A stretch of 64,000 nt of DNA, from assembly GCF_009914755.1 (NCBI RefSeq), contig NC_060937.1. The stretch is one strand, 5' to 3'. A program made the position numbers and the translations under genes. The notes beneath the pieces were generated by a model. The model had not been told where the DNA came from. It worked only from the letters and a program-made list of their open reading frames with translations, and made no database searches. Source of the DNA: the human T2T-CHM13v2.0 reference genome, Homo sapiens. Positions 44,047 to 59,776 of this stretch are shown here, in pieces (positions within the stretch are counted from its first letter, which is position 1; every line of letters begins with the position of its first letter).

Positions 44047-46727
44047 CTTGAGAGCAAAAATACACAATGAAAATGAGCAAGTTGATTTCTTTACAATTTT
44101 TTTAACTGCCAGTTTATATCCAGCTTCCCCCTCAAAAAAAGGAAAACATAATCTGGGGAAAGGTCAGTGATCTATATATTAAATTATGATTCTTGATATA
44201 ATTAAAATATGTCCTCTGTTCTAAAAATAGATTTTAGTTACCTATTTCTGCCTCCACCTGTCTAAATCTATAAAATATTCAATGAAAACTTACCTTGAGG
44301 TTTATAACAAATAGTGACAGTCAATATATTGGCAGAGCCTGACAATAATGTGCCCTCACAAATTATCTGTCCTGAAGCTGAACTTAAAATTCAATTAATG
44401 GATGACATAAATTTTGTTCCCTAAACTGGAATAAAACTGATGACCTAAAACAAGGTAGAAAGATCCACTGTCTCTTTTCTGTGATCTGTCTCTGGATAAA
44501 AGACTAATCTACATCACTTCAAAATGGTAGTCTTGATTCCTCAGCATGGATCCAACTTAGGAAGGTCCTATTGCTTTCCTTTACCCTAAATTGGTACAGG
44601 AAAGCCCCCACAATATTTGAAATGTATGAAAGCTAAATGTACAGAAGTCAAATAGCAAAGGTGTATGTTCTTACTGAGAATACTTTTCCCAGAAATATTA
44701 AAATATTAACAATTATAAAATCCCATTATTTTCACTCTATAGGTCCTACCTTATTCAGGTCCACATAAACTAGCAAGCCCTTAAAATTTTTCATAGGCAC
44801 TCAGACACCCAAGGAGAGAGACTGCGAGGAAAGAAACAGAGTCATGATAGTTGTACCTCTATTTCCCTAAGTACTATCTAAGTATATTTCTTCCTATGGA
44901 CACCCACTTCCAGATTCTACTTCTGCAGGGTTCCACAGAAGTCTCCAATCTTCAAATCTTCAGTGTATAAAAGCACAGATTCCTGAAAGAATGGCCTCAA
45001 ATGACCAGGAGTAGGAGCTCTCTATATCCCTGCTCCTGAAAAACAAGCTAACTGGAGTCTCCATCACCTGCCACCAGCTATACACACTACCAACTACCCA
45101 ACTGAACTCCATGACTGATTTGCCAGCTAATCATGCCCCTGACCCAGCCCACATGGACATGGGAAGGACATCAGTGAACTGTGAAAAGAGGCAGAGGTGA
45201 GGAGACACCTGTCCTGTGCCACACATCTATGTAGTTCAGCAATTTCCAGCCCCTTAGTACTCCAGGGGCTCTAAGCCACCCCTTTGTAAGTCAGGATGGA
45301 AGTAGATGACACCACATTTCTATCTGCTGTAGACATTCTTCCCAGTGTCTCAAAATGTTTTGGCATCTTTCAGTAAAAATCTTCAAGTTTGTCAGTCCTT
45401 GATTTAAAAAAAAAAAGCAGCAAAATTTTTAGAGCTCCCTTGAACCTTCTATTTTAATGTGCCTTTGTAGATAATTCCCAACATCTTGTGTCCTTCATTT
45501 TTATAATTTATCTTTATCAAACTTGTCATAAACCCCAATACTTTGATCTCTTGTAGAAGAGTCCGTACTCCTATCCAGTCCAGTGTTGTTTATCTTCAAA
45601 CTTGGACTTCCCCTGCTCATTCCATTCTTATCTACTTCCATTGGGTTCACCAGCTAATTCCATTCTCATTCTATCCACAGGCTCACTCCCGTTTGTATTA
45701 TTAAAACACACGCCAATAGGACATAAAAAGAAGCAAGAGTACTGGGCTTTACCATGAGTTCAAATCTCATTTCTGCCAATTCCTATGTCTAAAAAAAAAA
45801 GCTTCTTAATCTCTTTGAGCCTCACATTCTCTATCTAGAGAATCACTTGACAAGAATGTTCAATGCAGATAAAAATACTAGAAGGTATTTTAATTCATTC
45901 CAAGATTCCTTAAAATTCTGTAATTCTATGTCCTCTTGATTCTGTCTATAGAAAAACTTGGAATACATAGGCAGCAGAGTTTGAAAAAAATAATAGAACA
46001 AAAGAAACACCAAGAAAAACAGAGAAGAAAGTTTTAAAAAATGAAGACAAGATTATATAAAAGTCATGGAAAAAGCAACAAGACTAAAAAATGTATTATG
46101 GAAGTAAGCAGAAATACTTGCCTAAATGGAAAACCAAACTGGGAAGTCAAATAATTTGTCTCTAAGACTTGCCTAAACTTGCTTTGGTAAAACTTACAGT
46201 CCTATGGCCAAAGCTAAGTCAGATCTGCCCTAGAGCCTTTGAAGGTAAAAATAAGATACTGGTTACCACTGAAATCGTCAAATTTATTAGGACTAACCAC
46301 ATTCTAACAATAAACTTAAATGAGAGTTCAAGGTATTTAAACTCTCATTAATTTAGAAGTTAATCAAATTAATGAATCCGATTGATCTGATTCAGACCTA
46401 TACTTTGATCCAAGGACTGCACAGATATCTATCAATCTATGCTGAGGAGCAAGAGAAAGGATTTGGAAGGCAGGTAGGCTGATGGTCAAACTGTAGGCCA
46501 GCTACTTTGTTAACTATGGGATCATGAGGCAATTAATCAGCTCTAATCCATAGTTGTTTATTTAACAGTAGGTTATAGGAACACAGATGTTATGATGGCT
46601 TTATGAGATGATAAATGCATAGAACATATTAGGATGTCTAGCCCAGAATACAACACTCAACAGATATTAGTTTCTTCCATCTATATTTTCTTAGTTAACA
46701 TAATTTTTTAAATCTATGAAATCTTAC

Positions 46728-46758
46728 CTGACTGCAGATTCATCAGGAATTCCAACAT
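46728..46758 (-). pseudogene. ANKRD20A: ANKRD20A-like exon (31 nt, DVGIPDESAVS), most 5' surviving exon
   Basis: tttctttaatag|ATGTTGGAATTCC...GCAGTCAG|gtaaga on the minus strand. Confidence 0.85.
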
Positions 46759-46829
46759 CTATTAAAGAAAAAGGTAAAATGCATTTTAAATCAATAATAA
46801 ATGTACAGAATATTAAAATCATAAGAATG

Positions 46830-46950
46830 CACAGTGATGCATGCCTCTAATCCTAACTACTTGGGAGGATGAGGCAGGAGGATCACTTGAGGAGCCCAGA
46901 AGTTTGAGACCAGCTTGGGAAACATAGTAAGACTCTACCTTCATAAAAAA
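46830..46950 (+). mobile_element. FLAM/Alu monomer
   Basis: GAGGCAGGAGGATCACTTGAG...GTTTGAGACCAGC. Confidence 0.7.
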
Positions 46951-47355
46951 ATTGTGCACACTTGTGTGTATGCTTTACATCCTGTTTGTTGTTGTTGTTG
47001 TTGTTGTTGTTTTGCTTTGGTTTGGTTTTTTAAAGCATAAGACTGACGCTTTGTTACAAAGCATTCCTTTGGGAGCATGCCTGGGATCTTATTAGAATTA
47101 ACATTCATTATACATATTGGTAGGTAATTAATGCAGTAAGAACTCTTCCCTCTGTGTTTATTAGATGCAAAGAAGAATAAATTTATTAAAATTTGGTATC
47201 TACAAGTGAACTGCAGTATACAAGTCATCCTAGCCAAAGCCTATGAGATTGAGTAAAAATGGTATTGTTAGCAGAACAGGTGTGATGAGTCAACAGTGTC
47301 AAAGAGCACGATTTCTGGACCAAAATATGAGGGGCCATTACAACAGAGTATAGAC

Positions 47356-47696
47356 TAGTACCCCTTATCCACTATATGCGCAGAAAGACATACTTGACAC
47401 GTTTTTCTCTGCTGTCACACCACAGCAACAATCATCAACAAAGAAGGCTTCTGTGACCAAATGTGTGGAGAGTTTTTCCCCACCAACAAACAAGCAATCA
47501 TTCCTGCTGATGACACAATTCAATTCTCACACCCTATCTACAGATAACATCAGATTTAATTTAATTTATAAATTAAACTTTCTCATAGATATGTATGTAT
47601 AGGGAAAAACAGCTTGTGATTCAGTACTATTCATGGTTTCATGCATGCACTGGGGGTCTTGGAATGTATCTCCCACAGTTAAGATGTAGTTACTGC
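47356..47696. mobile_element. MER2 DNA transposon remnant with a nested MER21-like LTR fragment (~47390-47555)
   Basis: MER2 termini GTACCCCTTATCC and CACTGGGGGTCTTGGAATGTATC; internal CTTCTGTGACCAAATGTGTGG. Confidence 0.65.
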
Positions 47697-48719
47697 ACTT
47701 ATTTTGTTATAACACAACACAGCCTCTCTAGCTCTTCAGTTCAAACTGTTTAGTTTAGAATAAAACATGCTATCGCCAGAAACCAACAAAACATAGGAAT
47801 CAGACCAGAAACAGGAATCCTTGCAAAGACTTTCCAGCCACCAGTGGAGAAGATCTCAAGAGAGATCAGTGTGTTACTCTGGCTAATACTCTTCTGGGTA
47901 AGGTGCTGGGTGGTTTCCTTAGTTGTAGCTATTTGCTCTGGCCTACGTATAACAAGGCCCAAATTCACCTGCCATTTTACCTCCCACGAAAGAACCACTG
48001 GAAAGATCACTCCGTTAAGAGCTTATCCACATTCAGAGAGAAGCTGAATAAACACTGGGGAGGTATGGCAGGCTGCCGGGCAATATTATCTGATGTGAAA
48101 AAATATATAGAAAGAAAACTATCAATGCCCTTTTACTACCAGAATGTTCTAATGCTTGCCCATCTCCCTAGTAGGAGAAAAAAATTTTTGCACCTCGCAT
48201 AAAGCAAAACTCCCTTGTCATCTCTCATGACAGAATCTAGTTGTAGGTGAGTCATGTCATCATAATACAGGCTGTTGTCAACCTCATCCCTCAAAGGAAG
48301 AGGATCAGTGAGGAACTTATGTATTTACCTAATAGCATTCACTGCCTGGTCTTATTTCCAACCGAAGGTAAGTATGAAAGACTTTGTGATTCCAGTTTTA
48401 TAAAGCACAACCCTTTGCACTTGTCCCCTTCCATTGCTAAAAAGTCTATCTGGACCCACCTCACAGAGCAAGATGCTTCAGGTTGTGCTGTGTAGTACGG
48501 TGTGGTGTCCTTTTCCTCAACCCTTTCTATTATGTGCCACATATCTATACAAATCATGTTTTCTAAGTATGTAAATCATATCTCAACAGAATACATCATT
48601 CTTTACAATGATAAAGAAGCAAAAGAAAAACAAAAGGACAAAGAACATCTTAAATGACTACATTCAACTGCCATGGAGCTTTAATTTTTTAACTACTCAA
48701 AAAGATATCCATTCTTCTT

Positions 48720-49145
48720 ATTCCAACTATATGACTCTTCTGAAAAAAGTAAAACTATGAAGACAGAGTAAACATCAATTGTTGTCACGAGTTGCTAGGG
48801 AGAAAGGGAGAGATGAACAGGCATAGCACAGAGAATTTTTAGGGCGGTGAAACTGTTCTGTCGATAATATTACAGTAATAGATACATGTCATGTCATTAT
48901 ACATTTGTCCAAATTCACAGAATGTACAGCATCAAGAGTGAGGCCTGATGTAAACTATGAACTTCAAGTGATTATAATGTGTCAATGTAAGTTCATCAGT
49001 TGTAACAAATGGACCACTCTCTGGTGGAAAATATTAATAATGGGGGAGGCTATGCGTGTGTGGGAGGCATGGGATATATGAGAAATCTCTGTACCTTCCT
49101 CTCAATTTTGCTGTGAACCTAAAACTACTCTAAGAAATAAGGTTA
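48720..49145 (+). mobile_element. Old L1M (L1MD-like) 3' end
   Basis: GATACATGTCAT..CATTTGTCCAAA..GAATGTACA..TGTAAACTATG..GCTGTGAACCTAAAACT. Confidence 0.75.
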
Positions 49146-49166
49146 TTGATTGAAGAAAAATATTCA

Positions 49167-49840
<674 letters not shown>

Positions 49841-50391
49841 AGATATTCACTGAACCTGTTACTATGATATATTTAAGCAAGACACGGTGACCCTAAAAAT
49901 TAGAGATCATTGAAGACCAAAGTAACAACACGTGGTCATTATTTCTCAAATTGAAGTATATAAAATATATAAAATAAATAAATTTAATTGCATGCTTAGG
50001 TAAGAAAATATTGATAAAAATGATTGAATATTTTATCTTATTTCATAATTCTAAGCAGGGCTTTAGCACAATATGAAAACTAGATTATTCATGTAATCCA
50101 AATAAAAGACAATTTTTATTCTAATTTTAACTCAGAAATTATTTTGCTTATTTAACAATTTTACTGAAAGGTAAATGAGATAAATAGGACAGATTATAAT
50201 TACATAACATTGTTATGGTAACTTATGTACAAATAGCTGTTCGTCACTGAAAGTCAAAAAAGTAACCAGCGCTGCAACTTAAGATGGATCATACAACAGA
50301 AATTAGTACCAAGTTACCTTATCTTATAATATTATGTTATTAAAATGAAATTTTAAAACAACACCAAAAATTAAGTTGGGGCTATACAAAG

Positions 50392-50551
50392 TGTGCAGAA
50401 AAGATTTCATATAACAGGCAAGAGACTGCCATCCTTAGAAAGGCCTGCATGCAAGGCTGGCCCTTGGCTGGTGTTTAGGAAATTGGAATTGGGAGGGTTT
50501 CCACCATTCCCTGAGAAGAGTGGCTCACTGTGTCTAAAGTTTTTATAGAAA
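50392..50551 (+). mobile_element. MER68-like LTR 5' portion, cut at the ASNS junction
   Basis: TGTGCAGAAAAGA...CCTTAGAAAGGCCTGC..GCAAGGCTGGCCCTTGGCTGG...AGTGGCTCACTGTG. Confidence 0.7.
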
Positions 50552-50728
50552 CCGCCAATGGGTGAAATCCAAAGCAGCAGCTGGTGTATCCATTAACATT
50601 CTCAAAACAGGATGCATCTGGACCCCTGTGTGCAATCTTCATAGCACACAGACACTAAATAGAAAGGCAGTCATTGCTGCCAAACAGGACCCAAATGCCA
50701 CACACAGTGCAATGAAGCTATAAGCTCC
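50551..50728 (-). pseudogene. ASNS: Asparagine synthetase pseudogene fragment: truncated first coding exon
   Basis: Translates as (V)[50 protein letters not shown] versus [59 protein letters not shown]>GTG at 50703-50705, TAG at 50655-50657, acceptor ctctccatag intact. Confidence 0.95.
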
Positions 50729-51327
50729 CTATGGAGAGAAAAGTAGACAAATAAAAAATATTCAATATCCAATCCAAGTCCACATTAAATCTTGATTCCA
50801 GAAACGTGCATTAACCACTTCAAATACTAAAATTTAAACCATCTTTTCTATAGCGATTTCCCATTTGGTTGGCAGGCATACAGGAGTAGAGAATGATTTA
50901 ATTTACTTACAAGTATTCAGAAAAGATAGTGACCTCTACATTCAACCAGCTACAGCAGCTTAGCACCCAGCCAAAGCCTGCATCTCTCCCACCTTAAGAT
51001 TTAGTGGTTGGCTAGAATTAGCAGCATCCAGGCCACATCTATCTCTGCATTCTAAGTTTGCTTCCAAGATAAAGATACAAATGCAGGCTGGCTCCAACCT
51101 AGTCAGAGATCCCAGCCCCACTCTCTGCATCCCAAAATCCCTCAAAGACCCAAGAGACTTTCCAGATTTCTACAGTCTCCTCACAGTTTCCCATGACAGT
51201 TAAATGCCCTCTCTTTACCTCAACTAGCTGCAGGTAGAATATAATGTGTACAACAGAAAATCACTGTAAGTGTAATATGAAGATAAACAGCCCTTTTAAG
51301 CATTTCATTATATTACATCTAGCTTAC

Positions 51328-51363
51328 TTCTAAGTGATTTATTCAGATGTGACTGAAGAAAGT
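51328..51363 (-). pseudogene. ASNS: ASNS-derived 36-nt 5'UTR exon with intact splice sites
   Basis: ttttttccctttag|ACTTTCTTCAGTCACATCTGAATAAATCACTTAGAA|gtaagc matches the recalled ASNS mRNA leader. Confidence 0.8.
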
Positions 51364-52464
51364 CTAAAGGGAAAAAAAGCAATTTAATTTGATAAATTAA
51401 ATTATCAATTATAGCCAAATTATTTGGCTATAACAAATTAAACATTTTAAGCAGACAGAAGATGCAAACATTTTAAGTTGACAGAAGATATAAAATGTTC
51501 ACTATCAAAACGTCGCAACTGATAAAAATGTTCTCAAATATTTCTGTCTCAAACTTGCATTGTTCATTAAGGAAGCAAAATAGGTGGGACATACACAGCA
51601 ACAACATCCCTCAAAAAACACCTTGGCTCATTCCTATAAGCCAGGCAGCAAATACATCATCCTTACATATGTTAATTACCTTCCAATTTCAAATTCTCAA
51701 CTGTGAAATAAAGGGCCATTTTACTTGGCTGCTTCCAGTTCAATATGACTGTTTTTATTAAAACATCTCTAACTTGAAAAATATTTGGTGTTTTCTAAAA
51801 AACTGCAAATTGCCACAAATGGCCAGATAATTTGGAATAAACACCCTACAGAAAAAAATATATATTCAAGTTGCATAAGTCACTTTGAGCAATCCTTTGA
51901 AGATATTTCATTTATATCTAAATGAACCACAGGTTTAGCTGGCTTTTCCGGAAAACCAGAAGCAAATAATGTATGATTATAATGAAAACCATCTCAAGCA
52001 ATTTTGAAATGAAGTACCACATGTCTTATGCTGTCCCTTCCATGCACTTGACAAAACAGCCTATAACAAATTGTTTACTTTGAGATTTAGCAGGAAAATT
52101 CCATGAGGTTTAAATGAGATGACTACTAATAAGCCATCTACCTTTGACTCTATTCCAATTAAAAATGGGTTAGGAAAGTGCTTTGAAAATCAAGTGTGTT
52201 CATCAGGGAATCATTTACCTAAGTCTTCTTAACACTGCTTAGTGAATATTAAGCCTGATATAGTAAATACACGCTAACCACTAAATTGAAGGGGAAAGAG
52301 GGAGAACAAAGAGACACGTAAAGTACACTTACTTTTTCTAGTAGGAAAAAGCCAATTAAAACTATCACCTATTAGTTTTATTGGAATCAGTCTTACAGGA
52401 GTTCAAACTTCCTACTGTCGCTACCTATTCTCAATATTTTTCTTATTTCTTCCTAAACTTCTAG

Positions 52465-52767
52465 AGCCGTGCTGTCCAATAAATATGTGAGCCACATATG
52501 TAATTTTAAATGTACTAGTAAACCCCATTAAAAGGTGAAATTAATTTTAAATATACTTAATTCAGTATGTCCCAAATAGTAATCATAGTAATAATTTTAA
52601 CATGTAATCAATATAAAAAATTATCAAGCAGATATTCTACGCTGTTCTTCCCACTCCAATGACAAAATCCAGTATATATAACACAACACATCTCAATTAG
52701 GACTAGCCAGGATTTCAAGTGCTCAACAGTTACAGGTGGCTAGTGCCTACTGAATTGGACACTGCAG
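52465..52767. mobile_element. MER33-like hAT-Charlie DNA transposon
   Basis: Terminal inverted repeats GTGCTGTCCAAT...ATTGGACACTGCAG and internal TTTCAAGTGCTCAA. Confidence 0.75.
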
Positions 52768-53425
52768 TTTCAGTGCATTGAATTTCTATCCCACTTAGCG
52801 CTAATTAAAACTTCACCCTCTCACCTGATAATTATGTTAAGATCTCAGAAAGTAACCCACTACAGGCAGTTTCAAGCCCTAATTTACCTCTAATTACTCT
52901 TACAGCAATGCAATGAATCATGATTTAAAATTTTAAAAAAAATTGCTGTTAAATTATTAGTCAAGAGCCCAGGGCAATGGACAGTAAAGAAATAATGTAG
53001 GCCATGGGCCGAGATGACAAAACGGTCCTTTTATTTAAAGCTATAACAATAATCTGAAGCCAGCCCTGTAAAATAGACATCCATTGAAAAAGGCATGCTA
53101 GTTCTTTTGCTTTTTTGTGTACTTGGCCTCCTGTGTCCCTAAACAGATCTCTTCTCAGCAGGGTTTGCTCAGCAAGTCACTTGTTGAGTCTTGCGGTCAA
53201 CAGAGGGCGTAGGGAATGGCAGGGGCTGGCATAGGAGTGAGGGGGAGGAGGCAAGGTGAGGGGGGCCAGGTGAGGAGGGGGGCACTTGAAGGGGAGTTCA
53301 AGACCAGCCTGGGCAACATGGTGAGACCACCGCCCCTCACCGCTGCCATCTCTGGTCTCACTCTGGTCTCTCACACATGCACAAATTAAATTTAATTTAA
53401 AAATTAAAAAATTGTTTTAAAATAA

Positions 53426-53758
<333 letters not shown>

Positions 53759-54617
53759 GTATACATTCATTTTGTAGAACTATAGATCCCATGTAACTGG
53801 GAACTCTTTACTCTTCTAACACAACATTTATTTAGCCACAAATAAAAGACCAGTGATGTAGCCTGTACACAAAAAAGTAAGAAAACACTGGTTAGGCTGG
53901 GACAGGGGTAGGGGAAAGAGATCTACAAAATTAAAATTTTATTGGGAAGGATCACTAATTAGAATCAGAACAATTACTGCTTTAAAGTAGTTAAGAACAG
54001 AGCACAAGGAACCCAGAGAAGAAGCAGATATGATTCAGAGCAGAGCTTACAGAGCAGATGGTATCTGAGCCGAGACTGATAGAATAACATTTATAAGGGC
54101 ATTCACGGCCATTTATTATCACTTAACTGCAATGCATTTTGTATAAGTTATTTCTACTCTTCCTATCAACCATGGAAAATAATACTTATTCTTCTCTTTT
54201 GAAGTTAAAGAAGTGGTAAGTGGTCTAAGAAGATAAATTAACATACCAACACCATATAGCTCAAGTTCAGTGACTCAAGAGGGCCCGCGTCTCCCCAAGA
54301 GGTTGCTCAGCAGGCAGGCGAGGTAGAGAGCCCTTCCAAGAAGTGACAGTGAGATGTGAAAAGTCTCAGTGTGTCTCTGAGAACAACAGAAACCAGTATG
54401 TAGACCAAGTGGGAAAAGCCACGGAAGAGGCAGGGATTTCCTCTTAAGATAGCAAGAATAAACAGAGCAGGGCTGAGGGAAGCCATGGAAAACGGGCAGA
54501 ATACCATGCACTTAGTGAGAAAAAAACAGCTTTTACTTTAGAAAGGGGGAAAGAATGGTGGTGGTCTAGGTAAGCCTAGAAGCAGAGGAAAGGGCAATGG
54601 AGAAAAAATAAACAAAA

Positions 54618-55019
54618 TGTATGAGTCAGGGTTCTCCAGAGGTACAGAACCAACAAGATACACGTATATGTATAAGGGAGTTTACGAGAGAGAATTGGTT
54701 CACACGGTTAGAAGGCAGTCCCACAATAGGCTGTCTGCCAGGTAGGGAAAGAGAGAAGCTAGTAGTGGCTCAGTCCAAGTCCAAAAGCCTCAAAACCAGG
54801 AAAGCCCGCAGTGCAGTCTTCAGTATGAGGCCGAGGGCCTGAGAGCCTCGGGAAAGCCGCTGGTGCAAGTCCGAGAGTCCAAAGACATAAGAACCTGGAG
54901 TCTCATGTCCGAGGGCAGGAAGAAGGGAAGCAAGTGTCCTGCACGGGAAGAAGAAAAAAAGAGAGCCAGAAGCTTCAGCTAGCAAGGTTATCCCATCTTC
55001 CTCCGCCTGCTTTATTCTA
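54618..55019 (-). mobile_element. MLT2A-type (HERV-L) LTR truncated by the satellite
   Basis: TGTATGAGTCAGGGTTCTCCAGAGG...CAGTCCAAGTCCAAAAGCCTCAAAACCAGG...CTGCTTTATTCT. Confidence 0.85.
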
Positions 55020-57163
<2,144 letters not shown>

Positions 57164-57720
57164 GAATGAGTTTCTAGAATATATTTGAGGAGGGTGACGG
57201 GCGGTGTGTGCATGCTTCATGGCCTTATTCAATCAAACACTCTGCTCTCAATTTATTGCTAAATCCTCCTTGAGCCCTTAGATTTCATAACGGTTGTCGC
57301 GACATTTTTCTGGATGTAGAAAACGTTCCCATTTCTTGCCACCTCATGGGCTACACCTTGACCTAAAGTTTTTGTGTAGATACTTGTGCTTACTCTGCAG
57401 CCTTTCCAGGGTTTGCTGAAGATGGAGGTATTTAGGCTGGGCAAGAGGTGGTGAGGTAAATTGGGGTTTATCGATTATAGAACAGGCTCCTTTAGAGGGA
57501 TATAAAGCACCGCCAAGTCCTTTGAGTTTTAAGCTGTTGCTTGTAGTGTTCTGGCGAACAGTTTTTTTGATCTAACTATTTGAGTTTAGAGTTAAGCATA
57601 GCGGGGTATCTACTCCCAGTTTGGATCTTAGCTATTTTGTCTTCAGAATATTAAAGGCACCTTCGTAGTTATTTCAGCTGGGGTTTTTTTACAACTTTTT
57701 TACAACTTATTTAGAAACTT
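57164..57720 (-). pseudogene. MT-RNR1: NUMT fragment of mitochondrial 12S rRNA
   Basis: Reverse complement contains CAAACTGGGAGTAGATACCCCGCTATGCTT, CTCAAAGGACTTGGCGGTGCTT and CACACCGCCCGTCACCCTCCTC. Confidence 0.95.
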
Positions 57721-57760
57721 TCAGGTTTCTAAATATATGAATGAACCATAATATAAGCCT

Positions 57761-58809
57761 TGGCCAATACAATGCCGGTTAGGCCTCCTACTGTAAAAAG
57801 GAAAACAAATCCCCGTGCTCACAGCATTGCGGGGGATCATTTGATATTACCGCCGTGAAGTGTAGCTAGCTAGTCAGCTAAAAACTTTGACGCTAGTAGG
57901 AATAGCAATAATTATAATAGCAGAGGTGAAGCAGGCTCATGTATCCACATCTATCCCTACCGTAAATATACGGTGGGCCCATACAATAAACCGTAAGGAT
58001 CCAACTGATCCTATAGCTCACACTAGGCCCATATACCTGAATGGTTCTTTTCCAGAATAGTATGTTACGACGTGGGAAATTATCCCAAAGCCCAGTGGGA
58101 TGAGGATGTAGACTTCAGGGTGACCAAAGAATCTGAATAAATGCTGAAATAAGATAGGATCACCTCCGCCAGCCAGGTAGAAAAAAATAGTATTAAGATT
58201 GCAGTCAGTTAACAATATAGTGATGCTGGCGGCTAGGACTCGGAGACAAAGGAGTAGAAGAACTGCTGTAATTAGGACTAATCAGATGAAGAGGGGTGTG
58301 TGATATTGGGACATGGCTGGGGGTTTTATATTAACAATTGTGGTAATAAAGTTAATAGCCCCTGAAGTAGAAGAAACACCTGTCAAGTGGAGTGAAAAGA
58401 TAGTGAAACCTACAGAGGCGCCTGCATGTGTTAGGTTTCCTGCTAAGGGAGGAGAGACTGTTCAGCCGGTTCCAGTGCCGGCTTCTACTATAGTGGATGC
58501 AAGTAATAATAGGAAGGAGGGTGGGAGGAGTCAGAAGCTCATATTATTTATGCAGAGAAATGCTATATCAGGGGCGCCAATTATCGGGGGACTAATCAGT
58601 TGCCAAGACCTCCAATTATAGTATTACTATAAAGAAAATTATGACAAATGCATAGGCTATAACAATGACATAAATTTGATCATCTAGTAGAGTTCAGCTC
58701 GAATAAGGCTTAAAGCTGTACTGACTATCCCTGCTCATGTGCCAAATAATAAATATAATGTCCCGATATCTTTATGGTTGGTTGAGATTAGTCAACTGTC
58801 AGCCAACAT
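57761..58809 (-). pseudogene. MT-CO1: NUMT of the 5' ~two-thirds of COX1, frameshifted
   Basis: Motifs [34 protein letters not shown] and LFTVGGLTGIVLA; ATG at 58807-58809. Confidence 0.96.
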
Positions 58810-58828
58810 AAATGAAGTGAGAAAAAAG

Positions 58829-58895
58829 GGTAAAATGACTGAGTAGGGCATTAGACTGTACATCTAAAAACAGAGGTCAACGCCTGTTTTTACCA
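58829..58895 (+). pseudogene. MT-TY: NUMT mt-tRNA-Tyr pseudogene
   Basis: GGTAAAATGACTGAGT...ACTGTACATC...TTTTTACCA next to the COX1 start. Confidence 0.88.
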
Positions 58896-58954
58896 GTCCC
58901 AAGGTGATTTTCATGTTGAATTGTAAATTCAAAGAAGCAGCTTCAATCCTGCTT
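58895..58954 (+). pseudogene. MT-TC: NUMT mt-tRNA-Cys pseudogene (anticodon GCA>GTA, 3' deletion)
   Basis: GGTGATTTTCATGTTGAATTGTAAATTCAAAGAAGCAGCTTCAA. Confidence 0.85.
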
Positions 58955-58987
58955 CTCTCACCTTTTTTCCCCCAGCGGCTGGAGAAG
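58955..58987. other. Degenerate mitochondrial light-strand replication origin (OL) stem-loop within the NUMT
   Basis: (CTT)CTCTCACCTTTTTTCCCCCAGCGGCTGGAGAAG between tRNA-Cys and tRNA-Asn. Confidence 0.75.
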
Positions 58988-59056
58988 TAGATTCAAACCA
59001 GTTGACTAGGGAGTTTAGCTGTTAAGTTTTCATGGGTTTAAGCCTCATCAATTTAG
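58988..59056 (+). pseudogene. MT-TN: NUMT mt-tRNA-Asn pseudogene
   Basis: TAGATTCAAACCAGTTGACTAGGGAGTTTAGCTGTTAA... Confidence 0.85.
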
Positions 59057-59057
59057 T

Positions 59058-59100
59058 AAGGACTTAGCTTACTTAAAGTGATTGATCTGTATTCAATTGA
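59058..59100 (+). pseudogene. MT-TA: Truncated NUMT mt-tRNA-Ala pseudogene (ends at the inversion junction)
   Basis: AAGGACTTAGCTTACTTAAAGTGATTGATCTGTATTCAATTGA, after which homology stops. Confidence 0.8.
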
Positions 59101-59114
59101 CCAAGGGTGTTCTG

Positions 59115-59715
59115 TATCTGAGAAAGTACATTTCAGGGTCACCATACAACAACTGTTCAAAAAGGCCTCCAATATGGGACAGTCCTATTTATTATCTCAG
59201 AAATATTCCTCTTCGCTGGATTCTTTTGAGCATTCTACCATTCTAGCTTAGCCCCTACTCCAGAATTAGGAGGGCATTGACCCCCAACAGGTATTTCTCC
59301 CCTTGACCCCCTGGAAGTACCTCTCCTGAATCCATCTGTATTACTTGCATCAGGAGTTTCAATTACTTGAGCCCATCACAGCCTAACAAAAAATAATCAA
59401 AAACATGCAAGCCAAGCACTACCTGTTACAATTATATTAGATATTTACTTCACCCTCCTACAAGTCTCAGAATACTTCAAAGCTCCCTTTGCTATTTCTG
59501 ATGGTATTTATGGCTCAACATTTTTTTATAGCTACAGGCTTTCACAGAATTCACGTCATTATTGGATCAACATTCCTCAATCTGCCTTCTCCGCCAATTA
59601 AAATACCACTTTACATCTAGTCGTCACTTTGCCTTTGAAGCCGCTGCCTGATATCAACACTTTGTAGATGTAGTATGACTATTCTTGTATGTTTCTATTT
59701 ATTGATGAGGATCTT
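59115..59715 (+). pseudogene. MT-CO3: NUMT of the 3' part of COX3
   Basis: [34 protein letters not shown] and [13 protein letters not shown] motifs; ends TATTGATGAGGATCTT. Confidence 0.94.
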
Positions 59716-59776
59716 ACTCTTTTAGTATAAATAGTACCATGATTTCCAAAGTTTTGATAGCATCCGAAAAACAGTA
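59716..59776 (+). pseudogene. MT-TG: NUMT mt-tRNA-Gly pseudogene
   Basis: ACTCTTTTAGTATAAATAGTACC...TTCCAA...AAAAACAGTA. Confidence 0.85.

Noticed and set aside
47750-48557. Cluster of ORFs and a plus-strand donor (GAAG|gtaagt, ~48367)
   Set aside because: No recognisable protein similarity in the frames I checked; treated as intronic.
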